Below are positions 48,536 to 60,900 of a stretch of DNA of 64,000 nt, one piece after another (the first letter of the stretch is position 1; every line of letters begins with the position of its first letter). A program made the translations under genes and the position numbers. The notes under the pieces were generated by a model. The model made no database searches. It worked only from the letters and a program-made list of their open reading frames with translations, and was not told the origin of the DNA. This stretch comes from Zygnema circumcarinatum SAG 698-1b (Eukaryota > Plantae > Zygnematophyceae), in contig CM074805.1 in assembly GCA_037447605.1 (NCBI GenBank), positions 1,335,361-1,399,360 on the forward strand, given 5' to 3'.

Positions 48536-49968
48536 TGACACTTTGGTTGTCATTCACACCGTTTCCTGAAGCATTGCGGAATAGTTTAGGCTTTGGCAGG
48601 AGATAGCTTGAATGGGAACCTGAAACTTGTACAGGACAGACGTGGTTCCCTCGTTTTCGAAAGTGTACTGTTCGGAAAGCGCACAGGAATGACTATGGAT
48701 CCATCTTTCCAGGTGGCAATTCACCTTTGGGAAACATGGAGAGGGAATACCGAGAGGAGAATTGGGAGTGAGACACAGAGAGAGAGAGAGGGCGAGAGAG
48801 AGAAAGAGAGGGAAAGAGAGAGAGGGAGGGAGAGAGATGTCCATCTTGGACGAGTAGTGCAGAAGTCATTTGCCAATTTTGCATTTTTTTTAGGATGGGC
48901 TAAGAACTAGCCGATTGCAAGCTGTACTATACGAGCCAGGTGCCTCCATTTGTTTCGCAAAATTCCACGGGTTCACTGTCTCCAAATAAGTGCAAAAAAA
49001 AAAGAGTTTGCACAAACTTCGCATTAAGGGCTTTCTCTGCGGCCTATTCGGTCATGAAAGCTCCAGATTGGCTTCTGGTTTCTGGCTTCTGGTTTATGCT
49101 CGCAGTACTTCACTATTGTATAGGGCCAATGCACTGTTAGGATGACGGATTTGAAGCTGGATATTTGGGGTTCGTTGTTAAAAGATATTTTTAGCCTTTA
49201 ATGACAAGAGGAAGACCTGAAAGCCAAGACGTCAGGATTACCATAGCGTGTACTGGTTTTATGAGTTTATTTGTTTTTTTTTTTTTTTTTTCATTTCGGT
49301 CCCCTTTCATATCAAGTTGCTGACCTTCCCCGGCGTACAGAAGGAACCCAACAAAAGGAACCCTGCCTCCCTTAGGTGGTTTTGTACTCGGCATCATGAC
49401 ACCCATGCATGTCGACCCAACGCACATCCCGAAAAAAGGCAGGGCATGGACGGGAACCATGCCATGGCCTAGCGTGGAAGCTCAGACACATATGTACGTG
49501 AACATGCGGTAACAATGGCTGCCCCTCTGCATCCAGATAAACGCTCCCAGGAGGACAAACTGTCCCAGTTTCCACAGATATGGAAGAGCTCCATGAGCGA
49601 GCCTTGATGATCAATGGACTCCGACAACACAATAGGAGGGCTGCCTGCTTGGAGCCATATGAAGGTGACAAAGCCGTTTGGCTCATGGTAGATAGTACAA
49701 CTGCTTCCTATTACATCCGCTCTACATCTGGAATAAAGCTGCGTCAATGAGAAAATGCTCACTCGCTACTCTTCTTCAACCACTACTCTACACGACTCTC
49801 TCCACAATCATCAAGATTGGAAAACCTCACGTGCACGCGATCTCATAACTTACCTCTCACGGTTCTTGACATGCTCGTTCCTTCCACCCTTATCCACTGA
49901 ACTCCACTCTTACGCCACTTCCATTCCGTTCAATTCAGAAACTCTTCAGTGCCTTTGGAAGGCTCTGC

Positions 49969-51877
49969 CTACAAGACCACCTTCACCTTCTTCTCGAGAA
50001 TTGGAGGGTCAATGTCAATACCCATATTTGCTGCTGTCCCCGCCACTATCCTCATAGCTGACTCAATTGTTGTGCAGTTAAGGTCTGGTAGCTTCTCCTG
50101 TGCAATTATTCGAATTTGGTCTGGTGTCAACTTGCCAACCTTGTCTTTCTGTGGATTGTTTGACCCCCTCTCAGCCCCTGCAAAGCGTCCATGCACAACA
50201 TGCCCCTCTTGAGTCACATGGCTCTATTTTAAAGTAAGAAATCGTCCCGTCAAGCAAAGAACCAGTTCAATTTAAAAATTTGTAATTCATCCTATTGTTT
50301 GCTTCCTGTCTGAGGAATCCATAACATTCAATGGTCCCAGCTTCGTCGAAAGCAAATCCTGAACACTCCCAGGATACAAAGCAAATGCTCTCATTGTCAA
50401 GGCCTCCCTCAGTTCCTGAACGAACAAAACAGATCGGAGATGGACTGACCACATGCTTTTAGAAGCAGAACGGATGCCGGAGGAGTCTTGAGGATAAAGG
50501 TAAAACTCTTGTCCTGCCACATGCCAACAAGGAGCCTAATTGAGCTTGTGAGTATAAGATTGATCCATGATCGTCCCCAGTCATAGTGGTGACGTCGAGG
50601 AAGCAGAATTGTCAGAAGTTGGAAGTGTTCCTAATAATTTAGAGTAAAGGCTTAATGATATTAGAGGCTGCGGCAACGTACATCATACACCGTGATCTCA
50701 ACAGGGATAACGTAACCCGGCTTATCAGCCGTCTTCGCGTTGTACTCCTTGCAGAACATCATAATATTGACTCCCTTAGCTCCTAGGGCAGGTCCAACAG
50801 GCGGCGCTGGAGTTGCCTTTCCCGCTTCTAACGCCAACTTGACTATGCCAACAACTGGACGCAATTTCCCACCAAATTCCCTTCCACAATATCAGCTGAT
50901 GCGTGCTGCACCACTTCTCCTTCAGCAGGGTCAAGGACATCACACAATGAAGCCATTATGCTCGAGCCATAACTAAGTCCGGAATCCTCAAACGAGAGGA
51001 AATTAAACGAGAGAAATCATGATGCGAATCGCAACACAATTGTAAAAGCTCATTTTTGATCTGCCACCATGCTAAAAGGTCCCTGCAAGCCTGCAAGGTC
51101 TTGACACATTGTAATCTGAACATTACTTGTACGACACTGTTTGAAGGCAATCCAAAAGACCCTGCCCAGCGGTCCAAACATGTGTCTCACGATAATCTGG
51201 ACTCAATCACATCAGTTTATTAAGTTCAGAATAGTTGGCCGCCCGGAAAGGGCATATTGACCTTTTAAAACTCTGACCCCAATGACGCTCTTTGAAGCAG
51301 AGTTTTCAAAACCTTACCCTTTTTCGCCTTTCCCGATGGCTTTGCGGCAGGTTTGGCAGCCACTGCCCACCCATCATCCCCCAGATGAGCTCACGAACTG
51401 ACATTCTACAAGAACAAAGTGAGACAAAAAACGCTCGCGAACGGAAGCAGAGGTCGTGCACGAAGCCAGTCCCCCAGTTTCCATTGAGAGAGAGCTAGAA
51501 CGTAAGGACGAGAGAGGGAGGGTGCAAGAGACAGGCCACTGACGCAATATACGGCAAGAACGACGCAATGCTGCAGTCCAGGATAGAGAATTGGGTGAAA
51601 TAGGTGACTCTCGGGGACTCCGTTAACAACACCCCCAAAATTGAGGCAAAACCAGAAATAGAGAAAGCTTCAGGTCGCATGCATAGTTGCAATGCTTACT
51701 GGAAACCCGGAATCTCGACAACCTTCCTGAATTGCCAGTTTCTGGCTGACAGAATTTCTGCCCAACCAAGCTTGAACTCCCGCTGCCAGCCAACTGGCTG
51801 GACGGCAGGAAGGCACTCGCCATGGCGCCGTCACGGACACCCAAATGAGCGGAGCAGTTCATCGCCGGAGCCGCCAT
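49969..51877 (-). CDS. RPL11: Plastid 50S ribosomal protein L11; exons 51877-51700, 51362-51318, ~50855-50681, ~50513-50452, ~50180-49969
   Basis: Transit peptide, then [95 protein letters not shown]. Confidence 0.96.
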
Positions 51878-52394
51878 GGCCTGCACACCCCTGCTACAAG
51901 CTTCTCCTGCTTCCCCCTTCCTGCGAACAAATTTAGGGTTAGAGAGAAGGCAGAGCGCTGCCAGGAGGCAGGCTATGGGGTTTAGGGAGGCGAGGTTCGC
52001 TACGTGGCAGGCCCCCCGCGAAGGGCGCTCGGGGGAAGTCAGAGGCGGCCGGATCCACCGTCCATGAAAAAAGCGATAAATGATATCAGCCGTCGAGTTT
52101 ATTCAATCGACGGCCATAGTGAGAAGGAGGCTTTTGGATAAGGAGTGAATTTGAGCTGTTCAAGTTTTGCCGGGGTTGAGATGGGCAGGTCCAACGTGTA
52201 GGATGGGTCCACCACTGCTGTTCCACTGAGTTGATCTCGTGGATCTGGCGATCTACTTGCTCCTTGAACCCCCTTCCAAGGGCGGGTCTCTCTGTCGTCC
52301 TCCCTGGTCCTCAGGCGCTGTCTCCCCTCCGAAGTTTGGAAGCTGGGGAAGGTGCTGGAACCCTAATTGTTTGCTGCTGCAACAGGCATCCGCC
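51878..52394. promoter_or_regulatory. Bidirectional RPL11/ClpR1 promoter with mirrored telo-boxes and a central hairpin
   Basis: AACCCTAA at 51933-51940 (-) and 52359-52366 (+); GCCGTCGA-N10-TCGACGGC at 52089-52114. Confidence 0.7.
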
Positions 52395-55300
52395 ATGGCG
52401 GCTCCTTCACTTCACTGCTTCAACGCTGGCCAGGCCGTGCAAGGAGGCGCCATGGCCAGTGGGTTTCTTCCATGCAGCCAGCTGTCGGGCAGCCAGAGTT
52501 CGAGCCTGGCTGGGCAAAAGCTCGTGATTCCTCTTGCAGGAAAGTTGGGAAGCTCGAGAAAATGGCGTATTGCAGCTGCTTCTGCGTCCCTGGACCGCAT
52601 TCCGAAGCAATTCCGGACCGAAAATTTAACGGAAGGAGGTACGTTTGTGAATCTACAGATGCGATAGGAGCACTCTCCATTGGCCTTTTGACTTCGTTGA
52701 TGTTTGGGCGATTCTTAAAACGTTTCATATCTAGTGAAAGTCATGTAGCATCAGCTTCTTTTCGTGTAGCAGCAGAAATGCTCACGAGTCACGACTTGTC
52801 GTCACTTGAAGGCGTTGCTTTCCATTTCTTCTTTTGTAGTTATTCTTTGTGAGGTAATTTCAAGTCCTGGTCATTCGTTTGGACACTAAAAGATTCGTCT
52901 GAAAAGTTGATTCACGCAGTGCGCTCTTTTTTCCGTTAGAAATTTATGGAATCTTCGACAAATACCTGTCTGGGAAGTCATCTAAAATTAGGAATCTAAG
53001 CTGCCCGTCAATTCACGCTTTCTACCTAGGGTTGGCAAATGTTGCGTCAGTCGGTGGATTAGAATGCTGTGGCCAGAGCAACTTCCGCAACTTTAAGAAA
53101 GCTTCTGATGAGTCTTTGATGCAAGAAGATTTCCTTCCGGGTTTTTTTGTTCTCTTATTGTATCCAAAATATGAACGTTTGCACTCACTTTTTGGAAGCC
53201 TGAAGGTTCAGCAGAGGGCATGATGAAGTGAATGGTTCACAGACAGCACCTTACTATTACTGATGCACACAGGCACCTTACTAGTGGTTTGCAGGTAGTA
53301 AATAGTGGCTTCCGCATTTAGTTGAGTTCAGTCAGTGGCCTTCAGTTTCCTTGGATCTGTTCGGTAGCATATTCTTTACGTTTATGTTAACGCTTGGTTC
53401 TTCTTTTTGCTCGTTACTTTCTTGTTTTATCGCAATCTGGAAAAGTTGCATATTCTATGTAAAAGGTTTTGCCTGAAGAATGCAAAGCTCATATTCGTAG
53501 ACCAATGTGCGGATGATGGGTGGGCAGTGGCTGAAAATTTTAGGAGTGTGCCACAGTCGCTCTATGGGCTGACACCAAGACAATTGGACATGTTTATGGC
53601 CGGGGAAAATTCTGTACTTCGCAAAGGAGAGAGAACCTCTGAAGTAAGCTCATTTTTTTTTCTTTCTTTCTTCGCGTTCTATTTTCTGTTTGAGATTTTG
53701 AAGTGTTTTTTCGATTTTGGTTTTGTGCCAGTTGTCAGTGTTGCAAGTTTTTGCTTGACATTGATGTATGAAGCAATGTAGGAGTATCTACGTTCCTAAT
53801 TCTGTGTAGTTGTGCAATTGCGTTAATGTAGAAATGATGTTGTTGACGGAAAGCGAAAAAGTATGCTGTCGACAGCATCAGTTGTAGATGCATCTTTCCC
53901 TTTCTCCATTTCTTCCCTTCTACATTCCAACCCCCTTCTCCCATTCATGTCTCTTCTCAACCTGAACTCCTGCTGCTTTGTTGGAACAGGCAAGCATTAC
54001 ATCTGCAAAGTGTTACAGGGAGCACACTGGAATGTGGAGCATGGACGGAGTGGATAACGGGCCATCACGCATAAGCATGAGTGTCAGCATGTATAGAGGA
54101 GGCGGTTTCATGGGCAGGCCCAAGCAAGCACCCCCGGACTTGCCCTCGTTGCTTTTGGATGCACGAATCTGCTATCTTGGCATGCCGGTGAGTGACCCTG
54201 AATAGCTGAGTTTGGATGGTGTGAAACTACAGAAATTGCATCATCCATGTCTGCACTGCCTGATTAGGCTCGCATTTGCTTTTGCACGGCAGCAATCGTG
54301 GCACAGGCACTTTTATATGCATTTCCAGTAGGGTGCATTGGCCAGTTATATAGCCATCAGCTAATTGAGCTGCGCCAGAACTATCAGTAGTCTATTTCCC
54401 CACGTTTCCTTATGTTGCGGTTTCATCCTGTTACCTGTGGGATATAGAGATTATTTAAGAAAAAGGTGTATTTCAATTAACATGCGAATAGTTGCAACCG
54501 ACATGATGGCAGCAGCATGAAAGTCAGTTGTCTCTGCAAGAACAACACACAAGGAATGGCCAATGGCTGTATTGGACTACGCAGTAAGAATGCAGTGCTA
54601 TTGTAGATAGGCATCACTTCTCCTGCTCGACTTTATGACGCGCCCTCATTTGTCGGAATTTTGATCCGACAGAGTCGCACTTCGTCTGTGCTTGCAATGC
54701 CCACTTTGCAGTTGCTTCTTGCCCACGTCCACCTGATGCACTTCCGTTTGTGTTTGGGTCCTTCCTCAGATAGTGCCAGCGGTCACAGAGCTTGTGGTGG
54801 CGGAGCTGCTCTGGTTGGATTTTGATGACTCCTCAAAACCCATCTACCTTTACATTAATTCCCCCGGAACACAGGTGAGTTAACAAATCAAGGGCCTCCT
54901 CGGTTTTCTTGGAGTATTACAGTAGGTTATGGCTACAGCAAAAAGCTAGATAATCTTTTCCGGTGAAATATACGGCGCACTGCTACATAAAGGAGATCTC
55001 TTTGTTTATGTCAATATTTGCCATGGCTGAGAAAGCCATATAAAACTTTTCGTTGTGCAGACAACATTTAATGTAACTTACCATCAGCTTTTTTTGTGTT
55101 CGTTGTCAACTCCTTGTATCCACAGAACCAGAAACGGGAGAGTATTGGCTTTGAGACAGAGGCGTATGCTATTGCAGACACCATGAACGTGAGTGAAATC
55201 ACCGCTTTAAAAAAGGAGGGACGGGGTGATGTCAGTCACAGTGCAGTAGTTCAATTTGAAGTCTATAAACTGCACGATTTTCTCTTCATTTCTACAACAC

Positions 55301-56577
55301 TTCCGTCGTGAATGTCATCAAACGCTCAATGTCAGCGTCGTTTTGTTCTATCTGGCATGGGTTTGTTGGCAGAACGCTTTCGCTTCCTTTGCTGCCAAAG
55401 TTTTACGCTGCAATAAGAGATGTTCAGGTGTTCCATTCGTTTAGGAGACAATGGTGATGTTGTCCTGTTGGTATATGCAGTATGTCAAAGCCAAGGTCTA
55501 CACTATCAACTGCGGTCAAGCACTTGGACAAGCAGCCATGCTTTTGGGCATTGGGGACAAAGGCCATCGTGCGGTGCAGCCTAATGCCGTCAGTGAGTGC
55601 TATGACTTGCTCCCCATCCTGGATCAGGAAACCGAGTTTTTCATTCGTTCTATTCCTTATTCCTTTTCATTATGGAGTTAATTTCCGTATGAAAGAGACG
55701 TGATGGGCATATTGCGATCTTAAGCTCTTCTTAGTTGTAGAGCTAAGTTAGCAGCTTGTTTTTCACAATGATGTGGCCCAAGCTGCAAGGAACGTGAGAT
55801 GTTGGAAGCATTCTGTTTAGATGAAGTCATGGGTTAGGGCAAAATGTCGGAGGCTGTTGAATTTCAGTCGAATGGTTTGTTGAAAGATGAAGGGAATAAG
55901 AAAGTGTACTCGTTGGCTATGCTGCAGCCAAGATCTATGCTCCCAAAGTGAACCAATCAGGAGGATCTGCAACTGATATGTGGATCAAGGTGAGGGGCTG
56001 GAGATGCTGCAATGATTGCATTGCTTAAGTACTGGGTTTTATGCTTTTGGTTTGTAAGCAAATTTTAGCGGAAAGCGAATACAGGTGTTTAGATGCATAG
56101 GAATCTACTGATTGCCTCTCTGGGCTGGTCTTGAGCTGTGCAGGCCAAGGAGCTGGATGCCAACACGGATTACTATGTCGAATTGCTAGCAAAGGGTACT
56201 GGAAAGAGCGTGGAGGAGATTTCCAAAGATATCCAGAGGCCGATGTACTTCCGTGGGCAGGAGTGCATCGACTATGGTCTGGCTGACAAGATCATTGAAA
56301 GCAGAGGAGTAGCCATGGAGAAGAAGGTGAGATACTCTATTGTATTTGACAGCTGAGATGCCTGAAATTAGGGCTATATATATATCTTTTGGGTTATGGC
56401 GTAATGTTAAGTGAAGCCTTGGCTGATGGAGAGATTGACTAACTTTGTTTCTGATTTGTGGCCTCCGTGATGGGACAGAATTACGATGAACTGCTTGCTC
56501 AGTCGAAGGCTGTCCGAACCCAATCTTCACGACCTTCCGCAGCCTCTGCAGGAGCAGGGGCAGGCGCAGGGCGCTGA
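52395..56577 (+). CDS. CLPR1: Plastid Clp protease non-catalytic subunit ClpR1; 9 exons, the first 52395-52638 and the second 53528-53643
   Basis: SLDRIPKQFRTENL..G/VAENFRSVPQSLYGL..QLDMFM, SMSVSMYRGGG..RPKQAPPDLPSLLLDARICYLGMP/IVPAVTEL, ETEAYAIADT, DMWIK/AKELDANTDYY, matching the recalled ClpR1 sequence pattern. Confidence 0.96.
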
Positions 56578-57903
56578 GCTGCTTTGGTTGCAGAAAGTTT
56601 GCATGGAGGCAGATCAAGCTTGCCAGCTGTGTCTGCTCTTAAACCCATCTCTCTCTGTCTGGAACACGATGGCAATGCTCCCAAGGACCAAGTGCAGCCG
56701 AATACCAGCACCGGACTCTGCACTTAAATTTCTTTCTTACTTGTGGAAGGCCTCAGAGCTTGCTCTGAATGCTTTTGAAGCTTCACATGCAGAATCTACC
56801 GGCAGGATATGTAAGGCTGTCTTGCCAGTGGGGGGCAGATATTGGCAGAGGAGATCCAGATGGGAGACAGTTATGGTATGCATAGTGGTTTCTTCTATAC
56901 ATAGCGTGGCGTAGGTGGACCACATAATTGATAGAATGGATGACTTGGAAGCTGGAAGCCTGTTCCTCAGCTGTGTACATACCTCCCAGTGTGGGAAATG
57001 CTGTGCAGGACTTTTGGCAGGCGCCTTGTAATGAATCAAAAGCCTGTACACTTTGATGTTTCATAAGCGGGCTGGGTATTGAAAGGTGTGTAGCAACCTT
57101 TGTTGTACGTTTGCTGTGGGCTTGAATATGTTTTAGTAGCAATGCTGTACACTTATGGTCGTGCGAGCTTCACCCTTTTAGGGTGGGGGGGGTGTTGCGA
57201 TGCATGAGTTGAAAATTTAGCTCATTCCAATGTGTGATGTTCTTCCTCCGCGCTCTTCAAAGTTCTTCTTACCCTTCGTTTTCAATTGAGTTCGTTCGAT
57301 ATGTATAAGGAAGTCTTAATCACAACCTCTCTTTCACACCATCGTTGAATGAGAGCCTTAGGTAGGCCTAGTCACTATATTTCTCCAGGAAATCTGTTGG
57401 ACTTAACCTAAAAAACTCTTATTTAATCATCTTTAAGTATGCCGCTGAAAACAAGAAAAGACTTGCTAGAAACTCATCTGAAAATGTGTTTCCTTTTCCA
57501 CTTCCATTAACTTATTTGTTTTAAAAAAAAAAAAAAAATTGTCTTAAAGAGCTGCGAAGCGAAGCTCAGAGCCTCTGTAGGTAGGAAGGCAAGCCCGGAC
57601 CAAGGGCCGGGCAGCTCCGAGCGAGTGTCAGCCAATGAAAGGTCAGCACTAAGACTCGGGCAGGCAATAACTTCTGTACGAGCCAATCGTGTAGGAGCAG
57701 AGTCCGCGTATTCGGGCAGGGGCCAAAAAACAAATGACCGGTCTTCTGCACTCGAGCTCTCCGCTTGAAGGGGAGAGAGGAGCACAACTCTCACAGTCTC
57801 CAGATATATTCCCTTTGTGACGAACTTCTTGGCTTTCAACAAGAACTGAATTGCAAATGCTTGCAGTTAAAAGAGTCTTTGTGTAAAAGAAGGAAACATA
57901 GCC

Positions 57904-60900
57904 ATGGCTTCTGATGCTGGCTTGCAGGAGGAAAGCCCTGCTGCAGCTGTACAACCAAATGAGTCACAGAAGCAGAACGATTATCCGTTGGCGCAACTCT
58001 ATGAGCGTGGCGAGGATGTTTATGAGAGGGCGCAGCGCGGGGAGCTTCCTGCAACAGGCGAAGCGGCCGTGGTTAGTAGGCCTGCCGCCAGCAAGTCCAA
58101 GGGTCCGCCTTCAGGATTTTTAGGTTTTTGCCGAATTGTAGCCGACCGATAACTTTTGATGCAGATCATTCTGGTTGGCATACCTTCCGAATAAAGTGAT
58201 TTTAATAGTGGAACTGCCTGTAGATGCAACGGAATGGCCAAATTATCGCCATTAGTGCAGACAATCATGTGGTGATTACTGTCAATAGTAATATGCCTAC
58301 TTCTGTAGAATGGATTAGCAGCTCAACTATTAAACCTCGTTGACAACTCTAAATGTTTTAGCGGGTTAAAAAAAAAGAGGTCACTTCACTAAAATAGATA
58401 GGGCTGTACTTTCATTTTAGTTTCAAGCTAATGTTGACCGTACTTTCATAAAGAGCGTGGAGGATATACTATGTGAGGGTGGTGTTGGAGCAGTGAGAAA
58501 AGCCGTCGACAGCTTCCAATGGTCGTTGTAAAATATTAGTTGAAAGTTGGGAAACGCCTGCATATTCCTTATTGCTGGTATTTATGTATCGAGCGTAACT
58601 CGGCTTGAGCAGAAATGGGCAGTTGGTTGTGATCGTTTGTAAGTCTCCGGTTTTCACATTTTTTCGCATGGTTTGTGGCAGGAGCGTTGAATAGAAAGTC
58701 TTCGAAAAAGGAATTTTATACTAGTAAATTAATAACGCACATTGTAGGACTGCACGTATTTTCTTCTACAGTATTGTTAGTTATTCATTTTGTTAAATAT
58801 TAGCATTAGAAATGGAAGGAGAAGGATGTTAGCACTTAAAGACAAAATTCCTTGGTACCATTGCGCATTTTCCAAACTTCGCAATGGCTAACATTGCTCA
58901 ATGCTCTGATTATAATATCTCTTAACTCATGGGGCTGTCAAAATATAAGGACAATATTTGAAAACGATTAAAGGCAAGTAAAGTGAGTGACGAGGCTATT
59001 ATTTTTACGATCTCAATGCATCCAAACGAGAGTGTAATGGTTGTTTTACCAGTCCCATAACCAGTCAAATCATAGTGCTTTCAAGACATTGTCGATTAAT
59101 TTAGGTTTAAGGCTGCCTTCCTTTGCATCAGAAGCTGTAGGCCTGACTTACGCATTCGTTTTGTTTCTGTCAGTTGAGTTTCTGAGAGCACAGCGTAATC
59201 TTTTTTTGGGCTTGCGGGCCAACAGAATGCGCTAAGAGAAGGACGTGAGTGGCTTGAGCTTTGCTTGGAGCGTATTGATCAGCTGAGCCTGTTTTCATCC
59301 AACGAGGAGCTGGAGGATGTGGCAACAGGAGATCTCAAATATCTTCTGGTGGGCAATAGCACATCGCCCATTGAATGGACCGTAGAACTTTGAGCCAGTC
59401 GAGGTTGTAGGGTTCTTACGTGCAAGGTCTATAAGGAAAGTTCGGCCTCTACACATGTTCAAAGTGCATGCAAAACATCGGAATCGATAACTGTAGTCAC
59501 TGGAAATGTTTATTTGGATGTTGCATACGTCCCTATTCCATCCAATTACCCTTCCACGCTTCGCAAAAGGAGAGGTTACAGTGATTTGGGATGAACCTTA
59601 TGCTGCTTGAGCGCCTTCTACACTCGACTTTTAAGTTTGAGCGCTATTTTAACAGGGAGAGCATGTTATCAGAACAAGCATGTAATCTTGCGCCCTTGTT
59701 AGTACTTCCTATGTCAACCCCTTTCGTGGGATTCGTGCATATTCACATTTCAGGTGCCCTGGATGCTCAGTGAACTCCTGCAGCGACAGACGAAACCAAA
59801 TCGGCTTCAGATTGTCAGGGCTGCGAGATCGCATTTGTCTGTAAGTTCTCTCTCGTCCTCTTCCACAGACACATGCTTTCCTACATTTTTCTATGCCTCC
59901 CCTTCAATTTCCTGTTCACCTTGCGGCTTGTCAAGTAGCACTGAGCTTTAAATCGATGTTGTTGCATTATGGGGCTGCCTGCGGCTTCCCACTTGTCACT
60001 TATCCTGAAGGGTAGTTTGGGAATGCGACATGTGCTGTTTTAGGAGCTAATTTCTCTACTACGGTATTGTTTTTTCCGCGCCTGATTTCGGATGTTGAAT
60101 GTTTTCAGGCCTTTATATCACGATGTGAGCAGCTTGGACTGCTTCCAGCTGGAGAGAAGGCTGCCCTGGCGAGAGAAGGTCCAATCGATCTTGCAATGCG
60201 GAGAGCAGAAAAGGTGAATGCAACCAAATGGAAAAGGACAGTCTTCATCGTATTTCGTTCCTTTCTTTAGTTTTGCTCCACCTCCTATCCGGTTTCACGG
60301 GTTCGTCCAGAATTCATTTCCAGCCAAGCTCAGCTTCAAATGAAATTCAGGATGACGATTTTCTTTGTTAGTGACAAACGCATATGGATGTAATCTCTAG
60401 CAGGTTTGCGCTATACATGGCAGCCCGATGTTGTTTAAAGTATTTAAATTTGAATGCTTCTTGTTGGTGGTTAAGCATTCAGATTGCGCGATTTAAGCGT
60501 CAAAAAGAAGGGCAGGCAAAGTTAGACGAGCTGCGGCGACGAAAAGAAGACAGACGGAAGCAGAGGAGGCGAAGACAAGGGGCAGCAGGAGAGGGAGCCA
60601 ACGAGGAGGAGGAGGAGGGAGGAGAGGAGGAGGAGGAGGAGGAGGGAGACGATGAGCAGGATGAGAGACAGGTGAGCTATCGGAGTTTCCTCCATTTTAT
60701 TGGGGAAGGGAGAGTGAGGTCACTTTTCATTTTTCGTTCTTGAGAGTTTGGATGGGCACTCTTTCTTTTCTTCCGCGTACGCAACTGGTTTGCTATTAGA
60801 GATGTCGCATCTTAAATATTCAATGGACAAGAGTTAGTAAGCATCCGTTTGCTTTTGGGGAAATTGGAGCATGCGTGCAGGCTCGCCTCGTTCAGATTGA

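Noticed and set aside
53220-53263. C/D-box-like pair ATGATGA...CTGA in ClpR1 intron 1
   Set aside because: Only 44 nt from C to D box, weak terminal stem, no recognised rRNA guide.
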